The notes under the pieces were generated by a model that saw only the letters and a list, made by a program, of their open reading frames with translations, had not been told where the DNA came from and did not search any database. From contig OZ242365.1 in NCBI GenBank assembly GCA_965208905.1, positions 1,856,001 through 1,920,000 on the forward strand: 64,000 bases of DNA. The letters run 5' to 3'. Positions 1 to 10,800 of this stretch are shown here, one piece after another; position 1 is the first letter of the stretch, and each line of letters starts with the position of its first letter. This DNA is from Nitrosopumilaceae archaeon (GTDB lineage Archaea > Thermoproteota > Nitrososphaeria > Nitrososphaerales > Nitrosopumilaceae). The position numbers were made by a program, and so were the translations under genes.

Positions 1-468
1 CTATTCAAGGAAGCCACCTCAGAAAACGTAGTAGATGTGCTGCGACAAGCAATAGCGAGATTTGGTACACCGGCCACTATCCTCTCAGATAATGGTAGGT
101 GTTTTAACGGGGGAAGAAGGCATGACGATTCACCTAAGGGCAAATGGAAGCCTACTGCGTTTGAGGCCGAGTTGTTAGACCGTGGAATCGAGATGATAAA
201 CTCACGACCGTATCATCCGCAGACAAACGGCAAACTGGAACGCTTTCACGGTAGTATAGAGACAGAGATACATCATTATGATAGTCTATCTTCCTATATA
301 GAGTACTATAATGAGCGCAGACTTCACTTTTCGTTGGATATTGACAACTACGAGACACCACTACAGGCATTTTCTGTCAGAAAGGCCACAAAAGCGATCA
401 GAGAAAAGGACCCAAAATGGATGGAGAGAGATACCGATGATTAACGAACATAATTTTCATATAAAACA
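1..468 (+). mobile_element. IS481-family element, 3' part (transposase C-terminus to 444 plus right end)
   Basis: rve motifs SDNG and RPYHPQTNGKLERFH. Terminal sequence cgaacataattttcatataaaaca (445-468) resembles the ends of the neighbouring copy. The 5' part lies outside the window. Confidence 0.9.
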
Positions 469-483
469 GTACAGGATTCGCTT

Positions 484-1527
484 TGTATTATGTCGAAATT
501 ATTTCGCCTAGTCATCGGTGTCCCTCTCCATCCATTCTAAGTCACTCTTCCTGACATCATCTGGTACTTTTTTGTTGTGAAATGCCTGTAGCGGGGTCTC
601 GCCATTGTTTATGTCTAAAGACCAGTGCAGTCGCACCTCGTTGTAGTACGCGACAAACTCCGCTAGGCTGCCAAAATGACATAGTTCTTCTTCCAAGGTG
701 CGGTGGAACCGTTCAAGCTTGCCGTTTGTTTGTGGGTGGTAGGGGCGGGTGTTGATCAACTCAATACCCCGGTCAAGCAGCTCTGCCTCAAATATAGTGG
801 GGGTCCATGATTTTGCAGGAATCTTTCTTCTCACACCCACAAAGCACGATCCGTTGTCGGAGAGTATGGTGGCCGGGGTTCCAAACTCAACAATGCTATT
901 TTGCAGGACTGTTACCGCGTTCTCGGATGTGGCCCCCTTGAATATCATGGCTCCAACCACACATCTTGACGCATCATCAAGATATGTGATTAATTGGTAG
1001 CCTTGAAAACGTGGATCTTTCATCGCATGCCAGTCCGTATGCCACATCGCATTGGAGTATCTGCGCTCATAGCGTATCCATTTACGCCTGCGCGATTTTG
1101 CTGCAGATAGAGTGACCATATTGTTTTCTTTCATGATTGTGTATACCGTTTTTTCACTTATTTGTATGCCCTTGTGATTTAAGTACTTGGTGATCCTTGT
1201 GACGCCTGCTGGCATTATACGATGTGCTGCTAGTACGACGTTGGTTTGCTCCTCGGTGGGAGGAATCTTGGGTCTGCCTGGCATTTGTAGTGTGGGAATC
1301 TTGCCCGTTGCACGATACATTGCCCAGAGTTGTTGTACGCGTCTCTGGCTAATCTTCATCTCTGTAGCAATGTGTGATGTACTACTACCTTTCCTGCATT
1401 GTCGAATGATATAATCTATCTGCTTCTGTGTCAGATTGACTCTCATGGGTTTGCGTGATCTATATAGACTAAAATATTCTTTGGTTGGCAGTCTAAAGTT
1501 AGGGCGAACTAATTTCCGCACAATAGA
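484..1527 (-). mobile_element. IS481-family insertion sequence, apparently complete
   Basis: Imperfect terminal IRs tgtattatgtcgaaattatttcgc (484-507) and gcgaactaatttccgcacaataga (1504-1527) enclose the transposase. No clear target duplication. Confidence 0.85.
508..1446 (-). CDS. IS481-family transposase
   Basis: N-terminal HTH, then WHTD, LDDASR, SDNG and TNGKLERF. Start placed at ATG 1446 (MRVNL) because the longer track start lies inside the IR. Confidence 0.92.
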   Translation of the reverse strand: MRVNLTQKQIDYIIRQCRKGSSTSHIATEMKISQRRVQQLWAMYRATGKIPTLQMPGRPKIPPTEEQTNVVLAAHRIMPAGVTRITKYLNHKGIQISEKTVYTIMKENNMVTLSAAKSRRRKWIRYERRYSNAMWHTDWHAMKDPRFQGYQLITYLDDASRCVVGAMIFKGATSENAVTVLQNSIVEFGTPATILSDNGSCFVGVRRKIPAKSWTPTIFEAELLDRGIELINTRPYHPQTNGKLERFHRTLEEELCHFGSLAEFVAYYNEVRLHWSLDINNGETPLQAFHNKKVPDDVRKSDLEWMERDTDD

Positions 1528-1559
1528 GTTACCAATAATGGGTATTTTAAACGATTTTT

Positions 1560-1723
1560 TAGCATTTAGTAATCACTACTGGTTGTATCTGGTGTCTCAA
1601 AAAATGAAACACACCTTCAAGGCATTCTGTACCAGGAAGGCAACCGAGGACGCCAGATCTAATGCTCTCAATTGGAAGGAGGCGGAGTCAAATGACTGGT
1701 GAAACTAATTTTCATATAGTACA
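1560..1723 (+). pseudogene. IS481 transposase C-terminal remnant plus right end
   Basis: KAFCTRKATEDARSNALNWKEAESND aligns with QAFSVRKATKAIREKDPKWMERDTDD. It is followed by gaaactaattttcatatagtaca. Confidence 0.75.
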
Positions 1724-1740
1724 GTAAACATCATGTATCG

Positions 1741-2376
1741 ATGGGAAAAATAATACCCGGAGTCCTGCTGACCATACTGCTGGTGGCGGGACTTAGCCAG
1801 GCCCATGCAGAGCTGACCATCTGGCAGGTTGAGAACAACCCACCTGGTATCGACAGCGGCAACGAGTGGCTGACTTTGATAAATCTGGGTGAGTCAGACA
1901 CCTTTAACGGATATGGCATAAAGACGACGCATGGACGTATCGCGAGTTACCCGGTTCCGTCCATCACTCTAAATACATGTGAGTATCACAAGATGACCCT
2001 CCCAAGGCAGGCCATAGACAACGAGAACGACACCGTAAAACTGCGCAAACACGGAACGACTATCTATGAGACACCCATCATCAAGGACACCAGAAACGAT
2101 GACCGTTTCTGGACAAACCCGGACGTGGCAGCCATCTGTGATGATCCATATGCGGCACCAGCTGAACCCATACATGAGTATGATTCCGGCCCGCCAGATG
2201 AGATGACATTGGAGCAACGAATCCAGGCACTGGAGGAGAGGGCCGATGAGATGGATACCATCATTGGGGTATTGTTAGAGAGTGTCGCCCTTTTATGGGC
2301 AGAGATCGAAGCCATGGCCAGTATCATAATGACTATCCAAGAAACAATTGATGCCCTGTTTGATGGCACGAGCTAA
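1741..2376 (+). CDS. Secreted lamin-tail-domain protein with C-terminal coiled coil
   Basis: Signal peptide ending AHA. The LTD-like motif I-x-VENNPPGIDSGNEWLTLIN is present, followed by heptads LEQRIQALEER. Confidence 0.75.
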   Translation: MGKIIPGVLLTILLVAGLSQAHAELTIWQVENNPPGIDSGNEWLTLINLGESDTFNGYGIKTTHGRIASYPVPSITLNTCEYHKMTLPRQAIDNENDTVKLRKHGTTIYETPIIKDTRNDDRFWTNPDVAAICDDPYAAPAEPIHEYDSGPPDEMTLEQRIQALEERADEMDTIIGVLLESVALLWAEIEAMASIIMTIQETIDALFDGTS

Positions 2377-2465
2377 CCACATATTTTTCCGTCTTTCAAA
2401 AGATCCCACTGCATACGGTTCTATCCGGCCTAGATAACACACGTCATCTCCGCCCCCTGCGCATA

Positions 2466-2949
2466 CTAGCGGACAATAGGATCCGATAGCATATCTGGCG
2501 AAGGACGACACCTATGCGGTTTTTGTCAAAGTTCTATAGTTTCAGTGCGGTCAGTAGTACAGGAAAAACAGGTAGGAGCAGGCGGCGCGCCATCGCGCGT
2601 ACATTGGATATCTAGAACCTCATGCAGTAATAACACCAGTCATCCTAACGGAACGCGCCTCTCCGGTCTTGACCAGCCAGATGACGCTGTCAGTATGAGC
2701 AGTTTTTTGGGGATCTCCTTGCAGCTGGGGATGACTGCAATCATTGATTCCAGTTCCGCCTCTGGAGCATCCGGAAGGTATTCGTCTCTGGCGGGAATCT
2801 TTTCCGATTTAGTTCGTGCCATGTAGGTGCGGGAGGGCATGCCTGATCTTAATACTTCGGTCGGTAGTACCGCAAACCATCCGATATGGGGCAAATTCGT
2901 AGATCCGGGTCATTGAGCCCAAAATCTATTGGATTCTATTGTCCGCTAG
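2466..2949. mobile_element. IS630-derived MITE (internally deleted), copy 1
   Basis: TIRs ctagcggacaataggatccgatag / ctattggattctattgtccgctag, with TA on the left. Homologous to the copies at 27508, 34502 and 49035. Confidence 0.85.
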
Positions 2950-2997
2950 TGCCCCCAAAATCAACAACCCTTATTTCTCTATTATATGTGATATTGT

Positions 2998-3474
2998 ATG
3001 ATGATTGCGATTATACGAATGGTCTTTACTCCCAAATATCTGGCAATGTCTGTTGCCATCACCGGTGTGATGTTGTTTGGTCTGTTACTCCTCTCTGAGT
3101 TTCTGTTTCTTGAGCCATATGTGATAGGGCACATTCCACCTGGTACTGAGGTTGGGTTTATTCTTATAGTGTTGATATCTACACTATCTGGATTTGTTAT
3201 ACCCATGAACATATACCGAATTGCCATGCTACAGACATCCAAAACCAAGATGGGTCGAGGTCTTGTGGGTACAATAATTGGAACGGCGGCGGGTGCCTGC
3301 GGTTGTGGACCTGTAGGGTTTGCCATAATATCCACCTTTGGCAGCGTGGGTAGTGCAGCATCATCGTTTCTTACCAACTATGAGATTCCAATTCGTATAG
3401 CTGCAGTCTGTGTGTTGGCGCTTACAATATACACCACACATCGCTCGCTAAAGACAGAGTGCTCTTTGGAATGA
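2998..3474 (+). CDS. Membrane protein with CGC motif, function unknown
   Basis: About four hydrophobic segments and GACGCGP. It overlaps the start of the next gene. Confidence 0.75.
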   Translation: MMIAIIRMVFTPKYLAMSVAITGVMLFGLLLLSEFLFLEPYVIGHIPPGTEVGFILIVLISTLSGFVIPMNIYRIAMLQTSKTKMGRGLVGTIIGTAAGACGCGPVGFAIISTFGSVGSAASSFLTNYEIPIRIAAVCVLALTIYTTHRSLKTECSLE

Positions 3475-4631
3475 TAACCACATCCAGAGATGCCAGGTTG
3501 GCAGCACTAGAGAGATGGAACAAGATGCTCTCTAATAATCCAGGTTTATTCTCATCAAATAATATACAGGGATCAAGTCCACCATCAGTATTTGTGGGGT
3601 CTTATGGGTATCCACATGTATTGGCAGGACCACTGGTTCCGCCAAAGTTTGGCGATACGTCAATACTGGACTCGCCGGAGAGTTGGACCGGCAGACCAAT
3701 CTCGGATATAATACAGTATAGAATGAATCTGGTTCGAGGGATAAAGAGTGTACCTGCAAAGGTGACAACCTCAAGATATGTAGAGGACTTGCAAGACTTG
3801 GCAATGGGTGGTTCTCCCACCGATGCAGACATTACATTTTCAGGATCCCTGCGCGGAGTTGGTCTGGCCGATGGTCACAGCGCCCCGTATGGACCTGCTG
3901 GAAAGATTCAAGAGTCGCACATATCAAACATCACTCCAGATAAGAGAATACAGAGGTGCTACTATGATACGGACCTTAAAGCATCTGAAGCCATCACACA
4001 CCTGTACCGAACCGGGACCAGCATATCCAGCATACAAAAATGCTTCAGCGTTGGCATGTTTGGCACAGAGCGCCGACTGGTCCCCACAAAGTGGAGCATA
4101 ACTGCCACAGATGATATTATATCCAAACATATGATACAGAAGATACAAGAGTACCATATGATAGACTCGCATCGCGTATTTGCATTCGCCCACATGGGAA
4201 ATTCATACTCGGTTATTATTTGGCCCCGCCGGTGGGCGTTTGGGTTTTCAGAGGCGTGGTTTGTTGATGGTAATGCATTATTTGGCTCGGACTGCGAGTT
4301 GGGCAGAGGTTTTGTAGGTCCGCCAAATACTGCGGGCGCATACTATGCCGCCAGATTGGCGGTTGCCGAGTACATGGAGCAGAACCAGTTTCAGGGTGGC
4401 GCCGTAGTCATCCGGGAGATCTCTCCAGACTACTCCATACCCGTTGGAGTCTGGCAGGTTCGAGAAGGCATACGGGCGGCTTTGCAGAGTGATTGCACAA
4501 TCTGCCACTCCATGGATGAGTCATGGAATGTGTCGTGTAGTAGAATGAGCATACCAAAGGATGCATGGCAGTCTCAGGAAGGTATATCCAGAGTAGTTCG
4601 ACAAAAGACCATATCAGACTACATACTGTAG
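3471..4631 (+). CDS. nreA: Nre-family DNA repair protein
   Basis: GSSPPSVFVGSYGYP, RRLVPTKWSITATD, GAYYAARLAVAE and PVGVWQVRE, with a C-terminal PIP box QKTISDY. Confidence 0.9.
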   Translation: MITTSRDARLAALERWNKMLSNNPGLFSSNNIQGSSPPSVFVGSYGYPHVLAGPLVPPKFGDTSILDSPESWTGRPISDIIQYRMNLVRGIKSVPAKVTTSRYVEDLQDLAMGGSPTDADITFSGSLRGVGLADGHSAPYGPAGKIQESHISNITPDKRIQRCYYDTDLKASEAITHLYRTGTSISSIQKCFSVGMFGTERRLVPTKWSITATDDIISKHMIQKIQEYHMIDSHRVFAFAHMGNSYSVIIWPRRWAFGFSEAWFVDGNALFGSDCELGRGFVGPPNTAGAYYAARLAVAEYMEQNQFQGGAVVIREISPDYSIPVGVWQVREGIRAALQSDCTICHSMDESWNVSCSRMSIPKDAWQSQEGISRVVRQKTISDYIL

Positions 4632-4640
4632 TTTTTATTG

Positions 4641-5582
4641 ATATGGCCAAATTATTCATATGTGCAATATGCAATGATGCTTGGCATTGGAGTAGCGGCA
4701 TCCCCCATACTATTCGCCCTGGCCGCATACCCGGACAGCTTCAGTTTGAGTTGGAATCAGGGACGGGGCGGCTTTCTGTTTGCGCTGGTATTTTTGGTTG
4801 CTGAATTGATTGGGTTGCGGTTGGCGCCCTCAATCAAACGCGTCATGCTGTCAATACCCATCGCAGGTGCAGTCATCATATATCTGATAGTGATGGAGTC
4901 TGGATTTCAGGATGTATTGACAGCTACTGCACCTGAGTACGGCGTACAGTTGGTATACTCTTGGATATGGATGTGGGACTTTGTAGTGATGTCACTGTTT
5001 TTAACAGCGGTCTTTGTGCTATACTTTGGCAAAAGATGGATTCGCATAGCGCCTGCAGCACCCATGTTTTTGGGGGGCAGCGCAGTCATACTATCACTGG
5101 ATGCATTCTTTCCATACGACACGTTAGGGCCTCTACAGTATGTGGTACCATATCTGGTACAAGCCAATGTGGGACTGATACAGTTGTTGGATCTAGGTAC
5201 TGCAACGGCCCGTGACAACATAATGTTTCTTCGTGGGGATCATGGCCCCATGGTACTGCAGGTATTTTGGCCTTCTGCAGGCGTGCACAGTGTCATTATA
5301 TACTCGCTGGTTATGGGTGCATTTCTGTTAAAGATGAACATACCTCGTAATCGCAAGGCCATCTACTTTGGCTTGGGCATACTGGGTACGATAGTTGTCA
5401 ACATGATTCGAATATTTTCACTGTCATGGTATGCCTTGAAGGTGACCGCAGACCCGCAACGGTGGGAGGAGTTCCATTCGGTGGCCGGCGAGATAATGTT
5501 TCTACCTTGGCTGTTTGTGTTTCTATTTATAGTGATGATTGTTGAGACACGACGCGTGCGCAAAGTTAAAAATAATTCCTAA
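4641..5582 (+). CDS. Thaumarchaeosortase (exosortase/archaeosortase family)
   Basis: Multi-TM protein with SWNQGRGGF, VFWPSAGVHS (Ser at the usual Cys position), NMIRI and FHSVAGE. Confidence 0.85.
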   Translation: MWPNYSYVQYAMMLGIGVAASPILFALAAYPDSFSLSWNQGRGGFLFALVFLVAELIGLRLAPSIKRVMLSIPIAGAVIIYLIVMESGFQDVLTATAPEYGVQLVYSWIWMWDFVVMSLFLTAVFVLYFGKRWIRIAPAAPMFLGGSAVILSLDAFFPYDTLGPLQYVVPYLVQANVGLIQLLDLGTATARDNIMFLRGDHGPMVLQVFWPSAGVHSVIIYSLVMGAFLLKMNIPRNRKAIYFGLGILGTIVVNMIRIFSLSWYALKVTADPQRWEEFHSVAGEIMFLPWLFVFLFIVMIVETRRVRKVKNNS

Positions 5583-6657
5583 TGTCTTGTTGACCTCGGG
5601 CCTCACCTAGTTCACTGACCTTTACGCCCAAACGGCGAACTGTTCTCTTCTCGTGTAGCGCCTCTTTTAGTAGAGCCGTTGCCGTCTCCTTGAGTACCAT
5701 TAGACTGGCTGTATGCTTGCGCACTGTTTTAGAGCGAGAGCGTCCTGACATATCCGAGTGTATGAACTGTATCCCCACCGTACGGTATTGCAACTCCCTC
5801 TCAGATATTACATTGTGTAATGTATCGCATAAAGTAGACAATACAGGGTATAGTTCCTCAAAACTGTTGGTATCCTGACTTAGAGTGACCATCTTGCTGT
5901 ACTGGACATTGGGGGATCTCTTCTGAACCATACCATCATCCACACCCCGGACCGAGTTGTATAGCGCAGTTCCTGCCTTTCTACCAAACATCTTTTGCGC
6001 ATCAAAGATATCTATCTTTTGCGCATCAGGTATGGTGTGGACATTTATGGACTCGAGTCTTTTGAGTGTCTTTTTGCCCAAACCATGTATGTCCTTTAGC
6101 GATATATTGTTTAAAAAGTCCTGCGTCTTATCTGGATGTATGATGGTCAACCCATCGGGTTTTTTGTAGTTTGATGCCATTTTGGATAGTAGTTTGTTGC
6201 GTGATATGCCTACTGAGCATGTCATGCCAAGACTCTTGCGAATATCCACCTTGAGCTGTTGTCCTAGATGGGCTGCTATCTTGAGTGAGCCATCAGTACG
6301 TGCAGTTACATCCAGATATGCTTCGTCCCTACCCACATACTCAAACACATCTGCATACCCCTCCATGATATTCATGGCACGCTCAGATATGTCCGAGACA
6401 TACTCAAAGTCTACCGGTATAAAGTGACTATCTGTATCCTCCAGCAGACTCCGGGCCCTGTATATTGATAGTCCAGAGCGTACACCATACTCTCTTGCCA
6501 CATAGTTGGCAGTTGCCACCGCACCACTATCATCACCTCTATTCGAATATATGCACACACAGAGAGGTTTGTTTTTGAATTGAGGGTTGCGTATCTCCTC
6601 ACACTGTGCATAAAAGTAGTCAAAGTCTACATGTATTACACATCTATCCTCGGCCAA
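5566..6657 (-). CDS. dinB: Y-family DNA polymerase IV (DinB/Dpo4)
   Basis: HVDFDYFYAQCE, ATANYVAR, DEAYLD and KPDG, with a C-terminal PIP-like QQDIRNYF. Confidence 0.95.
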   Translation of the reverse strand: MAEDRCVIHVDFDYFYAQCEEIRNPQFKNKPLCVCIYSNRGDDSGAVATANYVAREYGVRSGLSIYRARSLLEDTDSHFIPVDFEYVSDISERAMNIMEGYADVFEYVGRDEAYLDVTARTDGSLKIAAHLGQQLKVDIRKSLGMTCSVGISRNKLLSKMASNYKKPDGLTIIHPDKTQDFLNNISLKDIHGLGKKTLKRLESINVHTIPDAQKIDIFDAQKMFGRKAGTALYNSVRGVDDGMVQKRSPNVQYSKMVTLSQDTNSFEELYPVLSTLCDTLHNVISERELQYRTVGIQFIHSDMSGRSRSKTVRKHTASLMVLKETATALLKEALHEKRTVRRLGVKVSELGEARGQQDIRNYF

Positions 6658-6829
6658 CTACCTTGATTGGTACATATGCCTAAAAAGTCTTGGAACTTTA
6701 TACCTTCAACTATGTTGCGTGTTGCATGTTATGTGCACAGACAATGACAAGATGTCTGGTAAATCTGTGAGATCATCTGCAATATGGTCCCAACAATGAT
6801 TTATTGATGGCGCAGCCAGTAAGGATCAG

Positions 6830-7470
6830 ATGAGAATCTGGGACATGCTGCCAGAGACTGTGCAGAAATCATCTACTTGGAGAGTGCCGCGAGCCTCACG
6901 CCATATGGTCGGTTATAACCCAAAGAAAGACTATACTGCGCATCCAGAGATTGTTATAGCGGCACGTAAAAGTTCTTGCACAATTGAAAATCGCCTAGGC
7001 ACGCATACAGTTCAGGTTGGCAGGACTGTGTGCGCCTGATTTTAATAAAACATTATACGATTGTGGTCAATACTGCACTTTTTATACGCCACTGCTACGT
7101 TTCCATATGACTACATGTCTGGCATTTCAAGACACCTTGTATCTGCAGTGTCATAACTGTCTATCTGTGGGTAGCTATGTTGAACTCATCAGGTACCTGC
7201 AACGACGTTACAAGAAGGTGGGTATCATCATGGACAACGTCAGTACCCTCATCTGTGTCGCCATGCGAAAGTGTCTGGACTACTTGGACGGTGACATGGA
7301 GATACCACACCACCGCCACATATGCCACAACTCAACACTATCGAGACAGAATGGGGGCGGATCAAGGCTGCCATAGCCAACACCCCCTTTGGGGACTTGG
7401 ACAAAATGCAGTACGCTATAAGGCAGATAATCCATAATGGGGAAGTACAGATCGTCAAAATGTTTGACTG
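6830..7470 (+). pseudogene. IS630-family transposase remnant (frameshifted)
   Basis: GIIMDNVS in one frame, then PPHMPQLNTIETEWGRIKAAIAN in another (DDE_3-like PxxPxLNxIE). Confidence 0.75.
6968..7072 (+). repeat. ~105-bp dispersed repeat, second copy at 55637-55740
   Basis: aaaagttc(t/c)tgcacaattgaaaatcgcctaggcacgca...gattgtgg is near-identical in both places. Confidence 0.85.
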
Positions 7471-7667
7471 ACTGCTGACCACATAGCGGCCCGACATGTC
7501 TTGGAACGATCACAGGGACGGAAGCGGACTGCTTGCATCGCTGTTCTTTACAAATCGTCATTCCAGCGGACCCGCCCGTCTTCTGCATCCAGTCCGCGAC
7601 AGGCGATGAGGTGGTAATGCTATCTATTCATCCTGATTTTTTCCATTATTTTTGGCGAGTATTATGC

Positions 7668-7801
7668 GCATGACCGTGCAGGTCATACTGCTCCGTCGGT
7701 AAAAATACGGTGGAGTATGTGAGAGAACAAGATCAGATGGAATTACGCAACAACCCTACCCGTTCAACAATAGTTATCACTATGGTGAAAAAACACTATT
7801 T
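7668..7801 (+). promoter_or_regulatory. Upstream region shared by both giant surface-protein genes
   Basis: Near-identical to the reverse complement of ~34362-34498. A regulatory role is inferred. Confidence 0.55.
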
Positions 7802-10800
7802 ATGCAAGAATGTAGCACGCTGGCGATGATGGCTATGGTGATTGTGACGGCTCTAGCGACAATCGGCTTTGTTATCAGTGGAGCTGAGGCGAGCCTGGTA
7901 GTTTCTCCGGTGGCAGCCATCTCCGATGGGATGGATGGGTTCACGGCGCTGGATGGTGCCTATGATGTCGCGATAGCGGAGATATCCGACAGGACGTACG
8001 CGGTGGTGACCGCCCGGTACGACAACGACGGCAGTGTACAGATCATAGACATCACCGTCCCAGCCTCGCCCGTACCGGTGGCCGAGTTTGATACACTGGG
8101 AGTGGAATGGGCCGGTGACCTAGCGATAGCAGAGATATCCGGCAGGACGTACGCGGTGGTCACCGTCTACCGGCACTTCTATCATGGTGTGCAGATCATA
8201 GACATCACTGTCCCGGCCTCGCCCGTACCAGTGAACGCGGCAACCGACGGGGTGGATGGATTCACGGCGCTGGATGGTGTCTACGATGTTACAATAGCAG
8301 AGATATCCGGCAGGACGTACGCGGTGGGCATTGGTAGCGACGGTATGCAGATCATAGACATCACTGTCCCGGCCTCGCCCGTACCAGTGAACGCGGCAAC
8401 CGACGGGGTGGATGGATTCACGGCGCTGGATGGTGTCTACGATGTTACAATAGCAGAGATATCCGGCAGGACGTACGCGGTGGGCATTGGTAGCGACGGT
8501 ATGCAGATCATAGACATCACTGTCCCGGCCTCGCCCGTACCAGTGAACGCGGCAACCGACGGGGTGGATGGATTCACGGCGCTGGACAGGGCTAGTGATG
8601 TCGCGATAGCAGAGATATCCGGCAGGACGTACGCGGTGGTCACCTCCTGGGACTTCCATAACGGCGTGCAGATCATAGACATTACCGTCCCGGCCTCGCC
8701 CGTACCGGTAGCCGAGTTTGATACACGAGGATACGGGACTGGTGATGTCGCAATAGCGGAGATATCCGGCAGGACGTACGCGGTTGTCACTGGCAACAAC
8801 GGCGTGCAGATCATAGACATCACCAGGTCGTACTTTCCCATCTGGGTTGCCGCGGCAACCGACGGGGTAGGCGGGTTCACGGCGCTGGACGGGGCCGGTG
8901 GTGTCGCAATAGCAGAGATATCCGGCAGGACGTACGCGGTTGTCACCGCCATAAACGATGACGGTGGTGTACAGATAATAGATATCGCCGTCATGGACGA
9001 TCCCCGGCCAACCGGCGCCATCATCACCAGTACACATTCCCGGAACGGCACCGTCACGGCGGCCATAGACCTTGACATGTCCGAGATATTACGCAACTTT
9101 TCCGTGACCGTGTCCTGTGGCGGCGCCTCGACGAATATAACCGGCATAGACATTAGCGTGGACGGTTGGCGGGAGCACCTCGTATTATTCTCCAAATTTG
9201 ACCTTACATTCATAGACGGGTCCCGGGACAAAATCCCAGACGTCCGGATAGGTTTCAACATAAATGGGACCCTAGTTGATGCAGCCTACCCGATATCCTT
9301 CTCCGACGCGAATCTGACGGTGAGCAGTACGCTTCCGTATGCCAATTCAGCACTAGTCAGCATATCATACGAGACGGCTGACGGCAGCTCGTGCGACATA
9401 AAAAACCAGGAAGACCAAGACTTGAATGTCTCTGGTGGTTCAGAGGTGGCCCATACTCAGCAGGCGCTAGACCAGCGCCCGTTCATCACCACTTGGAAGA
9501 CCGATGCCACCAACCAAACCATCACTGTCCCTCTGGGTGGATACGGCCTGACCGTCCACTGGGGCGATGGTACCAACAGTACTGGAGTCTCAGGACCAAT
9601 TACCCACACCTACGCTAATGCCGGCACCTACAAGGTCTCGGTCTACGGTGGCCTCGAAGCCATCTCGCTGGACAGCCACCCGGACGCGACCAAACTCGTG
9701 TCAATAGACCAGTGGGGCGACGTATCGTGGAGGACCATGAGGTCGGCCTTCCACGGTGCCACCAACATGGTCTACGAGGCGACCGATATCCCCGACCTCT
9801 CGCACGTCACCGACACATCCAATATGTTCGCCGGCGCCACCTCCTTCAACGGCAGCATCTCTGCTTGGGATGTCTCTTCGGTGACCAGCATGTCCAATAT
9901 GTTTTTGAATGCAGCCTCCTTTAACCAGAATATCTCCGCCTGGGACGTCTCCTCGGTGACCGACACATCCAATATGTTCGCCGGCGCCACCTCCTTCAAC
10001 GGCAGCATCTCTGCTTGGGATGTCTCCTCGGTCACCTACATGCCTGGGATGTTCAAGGATGCCACCTCCTTCAACGGCAACATCTCTACTTGGAACATTT
10101 CCTCGGTGACATACATGGGCGGCATGTTCGCCGGCGCCACCTCCTTCAACCAGAATATCTCCGCCTGGGACGTCTCCTCTGTGACCAGCATGTGGCGTAT
10201 GTTCCACGGCGCCACCTCCTTCAACCAGAATATCTCCGCCTGGGATGTCTCCTCGGTGACCGACATGTCCAGCATGTTCCTTGATGCCACCTCCTTCAAT
10301 CAGGACATCTCCTGGGATGTCTCCTCGGTCACATTTATGTCTCATATGTTCGCCGGCGCCACATCCTTCAACGGTGACATCTCCGCCTGGGATGTCTCCT
10401 CAGTTACCGACATGTCCTACATGTTCCACGGCGCCACCTCCTTCAATCAGAATATCTCCGCCTGGGACGTCTCCTCAGTCACCTCTATATACCATATGTT
10501 CGCCGGCGCCTCCTCCTTCAACCAACCTCTCAACACGTGGGACGTCTCCTCGGTGGCCACTATATTCGGTATGTTCGCCGGCGCCTCCTCCTTCAATCAG
10601 CCCCTAGATAGCTGGGATATCTCTTCGGTCACCTACATGGCCGGGATGTTCAAGGACGCCACCTCCTTCAATCAGAATCTGGGGCCATGGTACATCACCT
10701 TGAACAATTTGGCCGTCTCCAACGATGAGCGGACGGTCGGCAACATCTCGGTGCAGAACCGGATGCTGGCCAGCCACAAACCCACCTACAGTGTCGCCGG

